Source: a virus
Taxonomy: Duplodnaviria > Caudoviricetes
DNA length: 64,000 nt
Reading direction: 5' to 3' (one strand)
IMG/VR virus record: IMGVR_UViG_3300033547_000001
Coordinates: 1-64,000 of that record
The position numbers and the translations under genes are program-made. Position 1 is the first letter of the stretch; each line of letters starts with the position of its first letter. The notes under the pieces are model-generated. The model did no database searches. It was not told where the DNA came from and worked only from the letters and a program-made list of their open reading frames with translations. Positions 8,846 through 17,750 of this stretch are shown here, in pieces.

Positions 8846-9192
8846 AGCTGGATCGCAACATCAACGGAAACGGCTCCGGAAAATACGGACTGATCAAGAA
8901 CCGACGGCTTGCGCAAATTCGCGCGTGGGATGGCGGCGACGGCGAAATCGCCGATCAGCAAGCCGTCGAAGATGCCCTCTCGCTTCTTGAGTGCGTTGGC
9001 TTGGTGGAGTGGGGTTACCCGAATACGGAGTCCGAGTTCTTCGTGATCAAGCTGCGCGACAGATTCGCTCACTCAGCTCTTACTGCTTACGTCATCACGG
9101 CCAGCTTCGCCGACCCTGAATATGCAAAAGACGTGCGCGAACTGGCGGATCGTTCCGGTCTGTACAGCAGCTTCTGCAAGATACCCGATTAG
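8842..9192 (+). CDS. Hypothetical protein
   Basis: ATGA overlap; EFFVIKLRDRFAHSALTAY. Confidence 0.65.
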   Translation: MKLDRNINGNGSGKYGLIKNRRLAQIRAWDGGDGEIADQQAVEDALSLLECVGLVEWGYPNTESEFFVIKLRDRFAHSALTAYVITASFADPEYAKDVRELADRSGLYSSFCKIPD

Positions 9193-9290
9193 TTCCCTTC
9201 TCGATGGGGAGGCCGAGGGAGGCGGGCGCCTGATTAGGCCCAGGCATTCGAGAGCACCGCGCTCCAACGTTTCTTAACCGGAGGAAAGCC

Positions 9291-10592
9291 ATGAACGACC
9301 GACACCCGAACGCGCCAGGACATGATCCACAGACCGGCGAGATCGACGACGAGGCTGTCATCGGCGAGATCATCGATCCGATGGGGACCGGCGTCCTCGC
9401 GACGCTGCACCGCGTGGAGATCGACCAGCAGATCGCGACAGCGAAGGCATATCCGCGCAACGTCACGAAGATCAAGCAGGAGCTCACCGCCCTCGTCACG
9501 ATGGACGAGGACACGGCGGACGATTGCATCTACGCGTTGCCGCGCGGCAAGAAGCACATCAAGGGGCCGAGCGCGCGGTTCGCCGACGCGCTGATCAGTT
9601 TCTGGGGCAACGCCCGATCGGGCGCCTTCATCACCCAGGTCGATCGCGAGAACAAGTTCGTCGAGGCCATTGGGTCGTTCCAGGACGTCGAGCGTAACGT
9701 CATCCGGCAGCGGCGCGTGCGCCGGCCGATCAGCAGCCACGACGGCAGGCTGTACAACGCCGACATGATCAATATGACCGGCAACGCGGCGTGCGTGATC
9801 GCCGAGCGCAACGCGATCCTGAACGGGATCCCGAAGTCGCTTTGGGGGCCGGCCTACGAGCAGGCGTTCGCGCTGGTCGCCGGTACGGTCAAGACGCTGG
9901 ACGAGAAATTGAAGCGGGCCGAGAAGCACTTCGGCGCCATGGGCATCAGTATGGACCAGGTCCTCGAGAAGCTGCAGCGGACCGACCTGACTAAGGTCAT
10001 CCCGGACGACATCGTGACCATGAGGGGGATGCTCACCGCGCTGAAGACCGGCGAGGAAACGGTCGAGACGATCTTCGGCCGAGGCGCCGGCCAGGCGCAG
10101 CACGAGACCGTCCAGAATCCGCTTAAGGATGACCCGATCAGCACCGGATTAAAGACGGTCGACCGTATCAACCATGATGCTGGCATTAAGCAGGTCGACC
10201 CCCCGGCAGATATCTCCGAAAAACTGGCCGAAAGGTCCGAAACGGCCTCAAATGAGGCGGCAAAAACTGACATGGGCTCCCAAGGCTCAGAGAAGCCCGC
10301 TGAGCAGGGTCAGACCGAGTCCGCTGTCAATGGCCAGTCCTCCCAAACCACCGCACGGTCGCCCGCGGCTGGCCAGCAGGCATCGCCCTACGAGCAGACC
10401 GCCGACGGCTACACCGGCTACATGCACGACCAGTTCGACAAGGCGACCAGCAAGGCGGCCATCAAGGAGACATGGGCGTCAACCCGGGACGACCGCATGG
10501 CCCTGCTCAACGCCGAGGAACTCGGCGAGCTTGAGAAGGACCGCGACGCCGCGCTGAAGCGGATCGACCTCAAGAAGGGCGGAGGGGTGTGA
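9291..10592 (+). CDS. Putative single-strand annealing/recombination protein
   Basis: EIDQQIATAKAYPR and YALPRG..IKGPSARFA N-terminal domain plus disordered acidic linker; position in the exonuclease/ATPase module. Function inferred. Confidence 0.45.
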   Translation: MNDRHPNAPGHDPQTGEIDDEAVIGEIIDPMGTGVLATLHRVEIDQQIATAKAYPRNVTKIKQELTALVTMDEDTADDCIYALPRGKKHIKGPSARFADALISFWGNARSGAFITQVDRENKFVEAIGSFQDVERNVIRQRRVRRPISSHDGRLYNADMINMTGNAACVIAERNAILNGIPKSLWGPAYEQAFALVAGTVKTLDEKLKRAEKHFGAMGISMDQVLEKLQRTDLTKVIPDDIVTMRGMLTALKTGEETVETIFGRGAGQAQHETVQNPLKDDPISTGLKTVDRINHDAGIKQVDPPADISEKLAERSETASNEAAKTDMGSQGSEKPAEQGQTESAVNGQSSQTTARSPAAGQQASPYEQTADGYTGYMHDQFDKATSKAAIKETWASTRDDRMALLNAEELGELEKDRDAALKRIDLKKGGGV

Positions 10593-10966
10593 TGCTGTAC
10601 CGCCATAAGGGACGCGGAACGACCTACCGCGTGCTGCACGAGGACGCGATGATGCAATGCTCGAAGGTGCGCGAGCTCGATGACGAGCCGGTGGTAGTCT
10701 ACCAGAATGTGGTCGACGGCTCCGTCGGAGTTCGGCCTGTCGCAGAGTTCTATGACGGTCGTTTTGAGGCGATGACGCCAAATCCGCCTTCTGAAGTCGA
10801 AGTTGACGCCTGCGACGAGCATCGCAGCTACCTGCATGACCACGAGCGGATCCCAGTCGTCGAACCAGAAGATGACGGTCCAGGGGCAGGATGGACTTCT
10901 GCCAATCCGCAGCCAGATGGCGTGGAACCGAAGTCAGAGGGCAGATGGAGGGGTAGAACCACATGA
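10589..10966 (+). CDS. DUF1653-like protein
   Basis: LYRHKG..YRVL...VVVYQ...VRPVAEF pattern. Confidence 0.6.
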   Translation: MMLYRHKGRGTTYRVLHEDAMMQCSKVRELDDEPVVVYQNVVDGSVGVRPVAEFYDGRFEAMTPNPPSEVEVDACDEHRSYLHDHERIPVVEPEDDGPGAGWTSANPQPDGVEPKSEGRWRGRTT

Positions 10967-11211
10967 TCGCGTTTTCTGAACCGGATCGCGCGCATCAGCG
11001 CGAGCATCTGATCGCCGCCCGCGGCGCCGAGTACCGCGCCGGCTTCATGAGTGAGGCGCAGTTCTACGCCTACCTGTTCTCGATGGGAAAACGCGGCGAG
11101 GACATCACTCGCACGATGCGCGAGTACGACCCGCCGACGCGGCGATCGTGGGAGGACTGTCGCATGGATGAGAGCCGGAAGTGGCTGAAGGATTATCGAA
11201 ATGGCAGGTGA
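10963..11211 (+). CDS. Hypothetical protein
   Basis: ATGA overlap. Confidence 0.6.
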   Translation: MIAFSEPDRAHQREHLIAARGAEYRAGFMSEAQFYAYLFSMGKRGEDITRTMREYDPPTRRSWEDCRMDESRKWLKDYRNGR

Positions 11212-11419
11212 GCTCTACATCGCTGGCGAGAATATTCCGGCCGGGCATGACGTGGTCGTGCGACATGGGGTCCTAAGTTTTGGATACAGGGTCGTCGACG
11301 GCGTCGGGCCTATCGGGAGAGGCTTGCGCGGACCTACCATCGGCGTCGCCGTTGAGAGCCTGCGCGAGGGTTTCAAGATCCTCGTTCGCGATGGCGAAGC
11401 TTCCGAGGACGATGCCTAA
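11201..11419 (+). CDS. Hypothetical protein
   Basis: Overlapping coupled ORF. Confidence 0.55.
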   Translation: MAGELYIAGENIPAGHDVVVRHGVLSFGYRVVDGVGPIGRGLRGPTIGVAVESLREGFKILVRDGEASEDDA

Positions 11420-11590
11420 TGAACTTCAAACCTCAGAGAACTAAGTTCTTCTGCGGCCGCGCGATCGATGGCCCTTTCGAGGGCGACTGGATTGAGAGCG
11501 ACAGCGCCTACCGTTCTTCATGAAGCAGATGAGCGGCCGCAAGCCGATCCCCGAGGACCTGATGGTCCGGCAGTTCCCGAGGACAGACTG

Positions 11591-11806
11591 ATGGGTTGGC
11601 GATTGGCTTCTGAAGATGAACTTCCCGACAGCTTTCGAGATCCTTGCTGCAAGAAATTTCTGTTTGTCTGCAGCAACGGCTGGGAGGGAGACGTTTCGAT
11701 CGGATCGGCTTTCTGGCACAAGCCGAGAAGATATCCGAAGTGCTTCCCGGTTCATGAAGGCGACTCGGTCTGCACCATTGTCTTACTTCGCGAGGAACAG
11801 CCATGA
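11591..11806 (+). CDS. Hypothetical Cys-containing protein
   Basis: TGATG start coupled to a short upstream ORF; ATGA overlap with next gene. Start uncertain. Confidence 0.4.
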   Translation: MGWRLASEDELPDSFRDPCCKKFLFVCSNGWEGDVSIGSAFWHKPRRYPKCFPVHEGDSVCTIVLLREEQP

Positions 11807-12531
11807 CTTACAGATGCGTGGATCTCGAAACGACCGGACTTCACGACGACGTGCCGACCGGCATCGTCGAGGCAGGCTGGTGCGACGTGCGCTATGACAT
11901 CATTCATGATCCATTGTCCTATCTGGTTAACTGCGAAATCCCGGTGTCGATCGGCGCGCGAGCGGTCCACCACATCAGCGACGCGATGGTCGCCGGCGCC
12001 ATCGCCCCAGATCAAGCTGCCGCTAGGATGATGGACGGCATGACCGAGGACGACTTCTTCTGCGCCCATAATATTGACCACGAACGTAAGTACTTCGGTG
12101 GCGGTGCCCTTCCTTGGATCTGTACCTACAAGACGTCGCTGCGCATCTGGCCAGACGCACCGGGCCACAAGCTGATGGAGCTCGCCTACCACCTGAAGAT
12201 CGACGAGGCCGAGGACTTCGACCTCGGTCTGGCCCTCCCGCTGCACCGAGCGGCGGGCGACGCCTACGTGTGTGCGCACCTGCTACGCCGGATCCTGAAG
12301 GAGGGCGTCAAGATCGAACAACTCGTCCGGTGGTCGAGCGGGCCCGCGCTGGTCTACATGTGCTTCCTACGCAAACACAAAGGCAAACCGTGGTCTCAAG
12401 TGGCTCGCGAAGATCGTTCCTATCTCGAATGGATCATCTCGGACAAATGCGACCTCAAGGACCGCGACATTCTCGCGACCGTGAAGTACTGGCTCAAGCA
12501 GACCGCACCGCAACCCTCCGGAGGAAACTGA
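11803..12531 (+). CDS. DEDDh 3'-5' exonuclease, exonuclease X-like
   Basis: VDLETTG, CAHN, ICTYK, HRAAGD, C-terminal KHKGKPW..V...YLEW. Confidence 0.85.
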   Translation: MTYRCVDLETTGLHDDVPTGIVEAGWCDVRYDIIHDPLSYLVNCEIPVSIGARAVHHISDAMVAGAIAPDQAAARMMDGMTEDDFFCAHNIDHERKYFGGGALPWICTYKTSLRIWPDAPGHKLMELAYHLKIDEAEDFDLGLALPLHRAAGDAYVCAHLLRRILKEGVKIEQLVRWSSGPALVYMCFLRKHKGKPWSQVAREDRSYLEWIISDKCDLKDRDILATVKYWLKQTAPQPSGGN

Positions 12532-12536
12532 TTCCA

Positions 12537-14435
12537 ATGACCAAGACTGCCGCGCTGAAGAAGACCGACCTTCAATCCTTTCCCTGCCCGATCGTGGCCA
12601 TGACCGCTGCGTCCCAACTGCGCTATGCGGCCGAGGCGCCCCCCGAGCTCGCCCTCCAGGTTCGCAAGAGCGACGACAGCGAAGGCCTCGGTGACCTCGA
12701 GGCGTCCGTGCGCGCGCACGGCGTGATCGTGCCGCTCGTGGTGGTCTCGCACAACGGGGCATTCTACGTGAGCGCCGGCAATCGTCGTTTGAAGGTCATC
12801 CGCAAGATATACGGCGACATCGACGTGCACCTGCCGACCGTCAACTCTGTCGATTTCCGCGGCGACCCGCGCGAAATCGCGATGGCGACCAACGTGTCGC
12901 TGCCGCCGCACCCCGTCGACCGCTACGAGGTGATCGCGTCGCTCGTAAAGGAGGGCATGACGCCGGCGGATGCGCAGCTTCGGTTTGGCATGACGCCGCG
13001 CTACTTCGCGCAGGTCATGAGGCTGGGTTCGCTTTCCCCGACGATCCGTGACCACTACCGCGCCGGCCGGATCGACGGCAAGACGGCGCAAGCCTTCACG
13101 CTGTCGAGCGATCCGAAGGAGCAGGATAGCGTCTTCAATGCCATCGCCAAGAGTGCGTACAAGGGTTTCGTCAACGCCCATGACGTCACCAGCAAGCTCG
13201 TCGGCGCGAAGCAGCACGACGTAGGACGGCTGGTCGCCTTCGTAGGCGTTGAGACGTGCCGGAAGGCGAAGATCCTCAAGCAGGAAGACCTATTCGCCAA
13301 CAACCACACCGTGACGAGCGTCGGCGACCTGAGGAAGCTGGTCGACGCCAAGATGCAGGCGAAGTGCGAGGAGCTTCGTAAAGCAGGCTGGGCATGGGCC
13401 TTCGACGAGGACCACGTTCCCGGCAACAAGTGGTCGTACTCACTGCTGCCTTCCTCCGCCGCGACCAAGCCGACCGCCTCGGAGCAGCAGTTGCTGGCGC
13501 AGATCGAAGCCGAGGTTCGCAAGAATGACAACGCTGACGAGTTCGATTCCGATCTCGACGACAAGCTCACGGCCGATCGGGACGAGATCAACGAAGGGAT
13601 CCGTAACCGCACCTATACCGAAGCACAGCGCGCGAAGGCTGGCTGCTTCTTAAGGATCAACCCAGACGGCTCACTGTCGATCGAGCGCGGCCGGGTGAGG
13701 CCCGAGGACGCGAAGAAGGTTGCAGCATCGGAGAGGCCGAAGAAGGATGCGAAGAAGAAGGCTGCCGCAAAGTCCGGCGAGGCTGCGGTTACGCAGGCCC
13801 TGGCCGGAAGGATGACGGAGAACCTGCAGAAGGCCGTCGCCTCCGTCCTGGTGCGCGAGCCGGCGATCGCCGCGGCCGCGATCATCGCCGCGTGCGCCAG
13901 TGATGGCGCTACGCTCGATATCAAGGTCGGCGGGGGCTCACACAAGAAGCCTGCGTCGTTCGAGAGCGTATTCGCCGGCGCGGTCAAGACGACGTCGGCC
14001 GAGCTCCTGATGATGCTAGCGCAGGTCGCCGGCCACGCGCTCGATATCACCAGCAGCAATCCCGATAGGATGCCCCTCGATGACAAGGGGACCGCGGCGC
14101 TTCTCAACGCGCTGCCGCCGACCAAGCTCAACAAGGCGATCAGGGACAGCTTCGACGCAAAGGACTACTTCGGCGGGATAAGCATCGCGGCGATCACCGA
14201 CGCAGTGCGCGAAGCCATGGGTGACGACCACGCCCGCCTCGTATCGAAGCACGGCAAGGCCGACGCGGCGAAGTACGCGGCCGCCAACGTCCCGGCGACA
14301 GGCTGGCTGCCGAAGCACCTGAGAACCGCGCATTACGATGGGCCGGCCAAGGCTGACCCGAGTCCCAAGGTCAAGGCCATTCCTGCCAAGAAGGCGACAA
14401 AGAAACCGATGGCCAAGAAAGCAGCGAAGCGCTAA
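12537..14435 (+). CDS. ParB/RepB/Spo0J-family protein (long, plasmid-type)
   Basis: GGAGG RBS; LEASVRAHGVIVPLVV, AGNRRL, HTH region, Lys/Ala-rich tail. Confidence 0.75.
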   Translation: MTKTAALKKTDLQSFPCPIVAMTAASQLRYAAEAPPELALQVRKSDDSEGLGDLEASVRAHGVIVPLVVVSHNGAFYVSAGNRRLKVIRKIYGDIDVHLPTVNSVDFRGDPREIAMATNVSLPPHPVDRYEVIASLVKEGMTPADAQLRFGMTPRYFAQVMRLGSLSPTIRDHYRAGRIDGKTAQAFTLSSDPKEQDSVFNAIAKSAYKGFVNAHDVTSKLVGAKQHDVGRLVAFVGVETCRKAKILKQEDLFANNHTVTSVGDLRKLVDAKMQAKCEELRKAGWAWAFDEDHVPGNKWSYSLLPSSAATKPTASEQQLLAQIEAEVRKNDNADEFDSDLDDKLTADRDEINEGIRNRTYTEAQRAKAGCFLRINPDGSLSIERGRVRPEDAKKVAASERPKKDAKKKAAAKSGEAAVTQALAGRMTENLQKAVASVLVREPAIAAAAIIAACASDGATLDIKVGGGSHKKPASFESVFAGAVKTTSAELLMMLAQVAGHALDITSSNPDRMPLDDKGTAALLNALPPTKLNKAIRDSFDAKDYFGGISIAAITDAVREAMGDDHARLVSKHGKADAAKYAAANVPATGWLPKHLRTAHYDGPAKADPSPKVKAIPAKKATKKPMAKKAAKR

Positions 14436-14468
14436 TGAGCTGCTTCGCTCGATGGAGGAAAGACGTCG

Positions 14469-15059
14469 ATGCTTGATAGACATTATCCGCTAATCTGGCC
14501 GCACGATGAGCCTCGGACCCCGGCATACGAACGTCGACAGTCGTCCCATTTCGATGTCGGCCAAGTCAGGACCCATCGGGATATCGACGATGCACTCAGG
14601 AAATTAGAGGCGACCAATCCGATCCTGTGCTCGAATATGCCCGTCCGATCGCGCGACGCCATGAACAAGTGGAAGGACGACCCGGGTGCTGCGCTCTACT
14701 TCAAGATCGGACCGCGCAGTATATCGATTTGCTGTGACCTCTACGCCAGGCCCGACGACAACGTTCGGGCGGTCTACAAGATCATCGAGGCGATGCGCAC
14801 AATCGAGCGCTATGGCGGACGCGCTCTCTCCCAGAAGGCGTTCACGGGCTTCGTGGCATTGCCGCCCCCGCCCGACGTCTGGAAGATGCTGGGCCTCAGC
14901 AAGGGGATCGCCGAGGCACTGAACGAACGGATGCGCCGCGAGTACGTGATGGACGGGTTCCGCGACCGGGTGAAGGACGGCCACGCCAACGGCGCGGACA
15001 TGGCCGCACTGGTCGAGGCGCGCGATGAGGCTCTCAAACAGATGGGGATAGCATCATGA
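14469..15059 (+). CDS. Phage protein with degenerate C-terminal J-like domain
   Basis: YPLIWP..RT, DPGAALYF, ICCDLY, RTIERYG, FTGFVALPPP..W.MLG; HPD position reads GHANG. Confidence 0.6.
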   Translation: MLDRHYPLIWPHDEPRTPAYERRQSSHFDVGQVRTHRDIDDALRKLEATNPILCSNMPVRSRDAMNKWKDDPGAALYFKIGPRSISICCDLYARPDDNVRAVYKIIEAMRTIERYGGRALSQKAFTGFVALPPPPDVWKMLGLSKGIAEALNERMRREYVMDGFRDRVKDGHANGADMAALVEARDEALKQMGIAS

Positions 15060-15280
15060 AGATCGACCAGTTCCCCGATACCGATCATGTCGCAAACGTG
15101 TGCCTGCTTCGATGCGGCGCAGCAGAATGCCGATATCTCTCGTTCGTTGGTGGCAGTCTTGCCACAGGCTATCAATATTCCTGCGAGAAGAAATCGACAC
15201 TGAAGAATGCATGCGATCGCAACGCGGGCCAGCGTGGTTACGGCCTTGGCGACAATTGCGACGGTTTGGACTGGAGATAA
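15056..15280 (+). CDS. Cys-rich hypothetical protein
   Basis: ATGA overlap; CRYL, CEK, NCDG. Confidence 0.6.
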   Translation: MKIDQFPDTDHVANVCLLRCGAAECRYLSFVGGSLATGYQYSCEKKSTLKNACDRNAGQRGYGLGDNCDGLDWR

Positions 15281-15285
15281 AGTTC

Positions 15286-15376
15286 GGGGAGTGCGCCGGC
15301 GGTGGCTTTCCTCCGGCGTCGGTGATCTCCCTGAAGGGGGCGGCTGGAGGGTTCATAACCCGACCCAGCCGCCCTT
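15286..15376 (+). other. Two tandem intergenic hairpins
   Basis: GGGGAG/CTCCCT enclosing CGCCGG/CCGGCG; then 12-bp GGGGGCGGCTGG/CCAGCCGCCCTT enclosing GGG-TTCATAA-CCC. Confidence 0.6.
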
Positions 15377-15403
15377 GCTAAAGTTTCAACGGAGACGAAG
15401 TCG

Positions 15404-15601
15404 ATGACCTACAGCGGCCGCGGAATCTACCACTGCGACACTTGTCCTGAACATATCGACACCGAGGAGCAGGACTTCGGCGCATGCCTCGCCGCCCTGA
15501 AGCAAAAGGGATGGCGAACCTACAAGGGTCCGGACGGATTGTGGGCTCATAGTTGCCCGAGTTGCACCGAGGACTTCGCAAAAGAGAAACGCCGGCAATG
15601 A
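15404..15601 (+). CDS. Small zinc-finger protein
   Basis: CDTC...HSCPSC; GGAG RBS. Confidence 0.65.
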   Translation: MTYSGRGIYHCDTCPEHIDTEEQDFGACLAALKQKGWRTYKGPDGLWAHSCPSCTEDFAKEKRRQ

Positions 15602-15840
15602 GTCTAACTGAAGGGAAGAAGCTCCGGGGTTGGGCAATTCGAGCCCGCATTATCACCTGTTCCTGGTGTGGCGATCCAGTCGTGCCCAACGGTCCTAGGA
15701 TGCGGATCATTCAATCCGAGACGATCAGGTGCAGCGGCAAATGGATCGCCCACTTCCATCCGGACTGCGGAGACGCATTGCTAGATTATTGCGAGGTTCG
15801 CGGCATGGACGGACTGCGGAGATCGGAGCAGAGGCGATGA
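15598..15840 (+). CDS. Small zinc-finger-like protein
   Basis: CSWC...HFHPDC; ATGA overlaps. Confidence 0.55.
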   Translation: MSLTEGKKLRGWAIRARIITCSWCGDPVVPNGPRMRIIQSETIRCSGKWIAHFHPDCGDALLDYCEVRGMDGLRRSEQRR

Positions 15841-16229
15841 GTTTTATGATTGATGATGAGAATGGCATCGTTCAAACCGTTCACCTTTTCTCTGCGCTTC
15901 AAATCGATATTCACGAGCGCAATCGAAAGTGGTGGTACGATCAAGAAGGCATTAAGCTTGACCGCAATAAGGGCGAGCTTTTGGCGTTGGTTCACTCGGA
16001 AATATCTGAATGTTTGGAAGGCGTCAGAAAAAACTGCATGGACGATCATTTGCCAAATCGCAAGATGGAGGAAGTTGAACTAGCCGATGCCGTCATCCGA
16101 ATCTTGGATTATGCGGAGGCATTCTCGCTGAATGTCGGGGCTGCATTAATTGAAAAGTTGAGGTTCAACGAAACGCGTGAAGATCACAAGATTGAGGCGC
16201 GCGAAAAAGCAAACGGAAAGAAGTTCTAG
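15837..16229 (+). CDS. MazG-like nucleotide pyrophosphohydrolase
   Basis: LALVHSEISECLEG...EEVELADAVIRILD...EKLRFN. Confidence 0.8.
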   Translation: MSFMIDDENGIVQTVHLFSALQIDIHERNRKWWYDQEGIKLDRNKGELLALVHSEISECLEGVRKNCMDDHLPNRKMEEVELADAVIRILDYAEAFSLNVGAALIEKLRFNETREDHKIEAREKANGKKF

Positions 16230-16231
16230 CC

Positions 16232-16509
16232 ATGACCGACCCCACCGAAGCGATCAGCGAGGCCAGAGAGCAAATTTTGGCTGGAATTAGCAAATATGAA
16301 ATGGCCGAGCGCGGCTATACAGTTCCGATCGAATTCCACGCCGCCGCGCGAAATGCGATCTCGCCCTGGTGCTTCACGATAAGGGCGTCGACAACTCGGC
16401 GATCGCCGAGCGCCTCGGGATCAAGTCCTACCACGTAAATTCGTACTTAGAAGCTGGCCGGAAGCGACGCGCAGCACGGCAGAAGGCGAAGCATGAAACT
16501 GGGACCTAA
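16232..16509 (+). pseudogene. Frameshifted HTH DNA-binding protein
   Basis: The frame from ATG 16232 gives no recognisable domain; the -1 frame after ~16300 reads DKGVDNSAIAERLGIKSYHVNSYL to TAA 16509 with no own start. Confidence 0.45.
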
Positions 16510-16699
16510 GCCGGGCTTCGATTGGGCGCACGTCACATGGGGAAAGCCGGACTCCGTGCGCTCTGCGCTTTGTTCGTACTGTTCGGCCGGTATCAACGAT
16601 GACAGCGTCCCGCTGATCTTGTGCCGCGGCGACGACTACGTCGCGCAGTTCTGCGATTCGTGTCAGTCAACTTGGTGGGGGATAACGAGCCATGGATGA
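16493..16699 (+). CDS. Small zinc-finger-like protein
   Basis: CSYC...CDSC. Confidence 0.6.
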   Translation: MKLGPKPGFDWAHVTWGKPDSVRSALCSYCSAGINDDSVPLILCRGDDYVAQFCDSCQSTWWGITSHG

Positions 16700-17066
16700 C
16701 ATCACCACAATCACCGCGCCAGTCACCGACGACGAGTTCACCGCGATCGTCGAGAGGCTGCAGAACAGCATCAGAACGTGGAAAGGCAACGAGACCTACC
16801 GCAGATCTCTTGAAGCCGAACTCCACATGATCCACCAGTTCAGGCGACTCGACCTCGGCGTGCGCGCGATCAGGCGCGCGACGGTCACCGGCAGCGTGTG
16901 CGACGACGTCGCGTGGTTCGACACCATTACCACGCTATTCGATTATTGTTCGACCCTGCTGGGCGACGATGTGGACGTAGGCGCGTTGGTCGCTGCCTAT
17001 CCGCACCCATCGCGGCGGCCAAAGACTCAAGCGACGCCACCGAAAAGGAGGAGGACAGCACCATGA
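16692..17066 (+). CDS. Hypothetical protein
   Basis: Coupled ORF. Confidence 0.6.
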   Translation: MDDITTITAPVTDDEFTAIVERLQNSIRTWKGNETYRRSLEAELHMIHQFRRLDLGVRAIRRATVTGSVCDDVAWFDTITTLFDYCSTLLGDDVDVGALVAAYPHPSRRPKTQATPPKRRRTAP

Positions 17067-17347
17067 GCAACAGCAACACCGGCACCCATTACGAGTTTCG
17101 CGCCATCGTCCGGAAGGTCGAGGAGAGGTTCGCGAGGTCCTACGACGCCAAGAAACTTGGCGAGGCCAATGTCGAGTCGCAGGCCGAGTACACGACCACG
17201 AGCACCGGCTGGTGGGTGCTCCTCGAAGGGTGGCCCGTCGCGATGCGGTTCGGCAACCTCAAGCCCCTCGTCAAGGAGGGGGACACCATGTGCATCGTCA
17301 TGCACGTCATCACCCTGGTCGGCGCCAATGCGCCGGCTGCAACCTGA
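17063..17347 (+). CDS. Hypothetical protein
   Basis: GGAGGAGG RBS, ATGA overlap. Confidence 0.65.
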   Translation: MSNSNTGTHYEFRAIVRKVEERFARSYDAKKLGEANVESQAEYTTTSTGWWVLLEGWPVAMRFGNLKPLVKEGDTMCIVMHVITLVGANAPAAT

Positions 17348-17356
17348 GGAGACCAC

Positions 17357-17749
17357 ATGCGAACAACCACCATTGCCGCGGCCTACGTCCTGACCAGACT
17401 CGTGCTCGGCATATCTCCGGCGCACGCCGTCGACTTCTCACAGCCGCTCAAGCAGATCGACGGCAAGGAGTTCTCCGACCACGCGACCCTGGGGACCGTC
17501 TGCGAGGCGGCGCTCGGCGCCGACTACCCCGACGAGCGGCAGCAGGGGGCGACGCCCGCCCTCTCGACTGAGAAGTACCGCAGGTTCCTCCTGGCCGTGA
17601 AGATCCACGACCATCCTGTTGACCCCGCCCTCTCGGTCGAGGAAATCGCGACGATCAAGACTTTGGTGGGGAAAGCCTACCCTCCGAACATCATGGGGCC
17701 GGCCTGGATCCTGCTGGACCCGCCGAAGAACGGGATCGATAAGCCTTGA
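17357..17749 (+). CDS. Hypothetical protein with probable signal peptide
   Basis: GAGGAG RBS; MRTTTIAAAYVLTRLVLGISPAHA|VDF. Confidence 0.65.
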   Translation: MRTTTIAAAYVLTRLVLGISPAHAVDFSQPLKQIDGKEFSDHATLGTVCEAALGADYPDERQQGATPALSTEKYRRFLLAVKIHDHPVDPALSVEEIATIKTLVGKAYPPNIMGPAWILLDPPKNGIDKP

Positions 17750-17750
17750 A

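Noticed and set aside
12114-12536. N-terminal extension of the 773-aa ParB ORF
   Set aside because: Overlaps the exonuclease in another frame; a strong GGAGG RBS supports ATG 12537.
15837-16229. MazG-like gene as a sign of a modified-base (e.g. diaminopurine) genome
   Set aside because: No PurZ, DatZ or phage polymerase is visible in the window.
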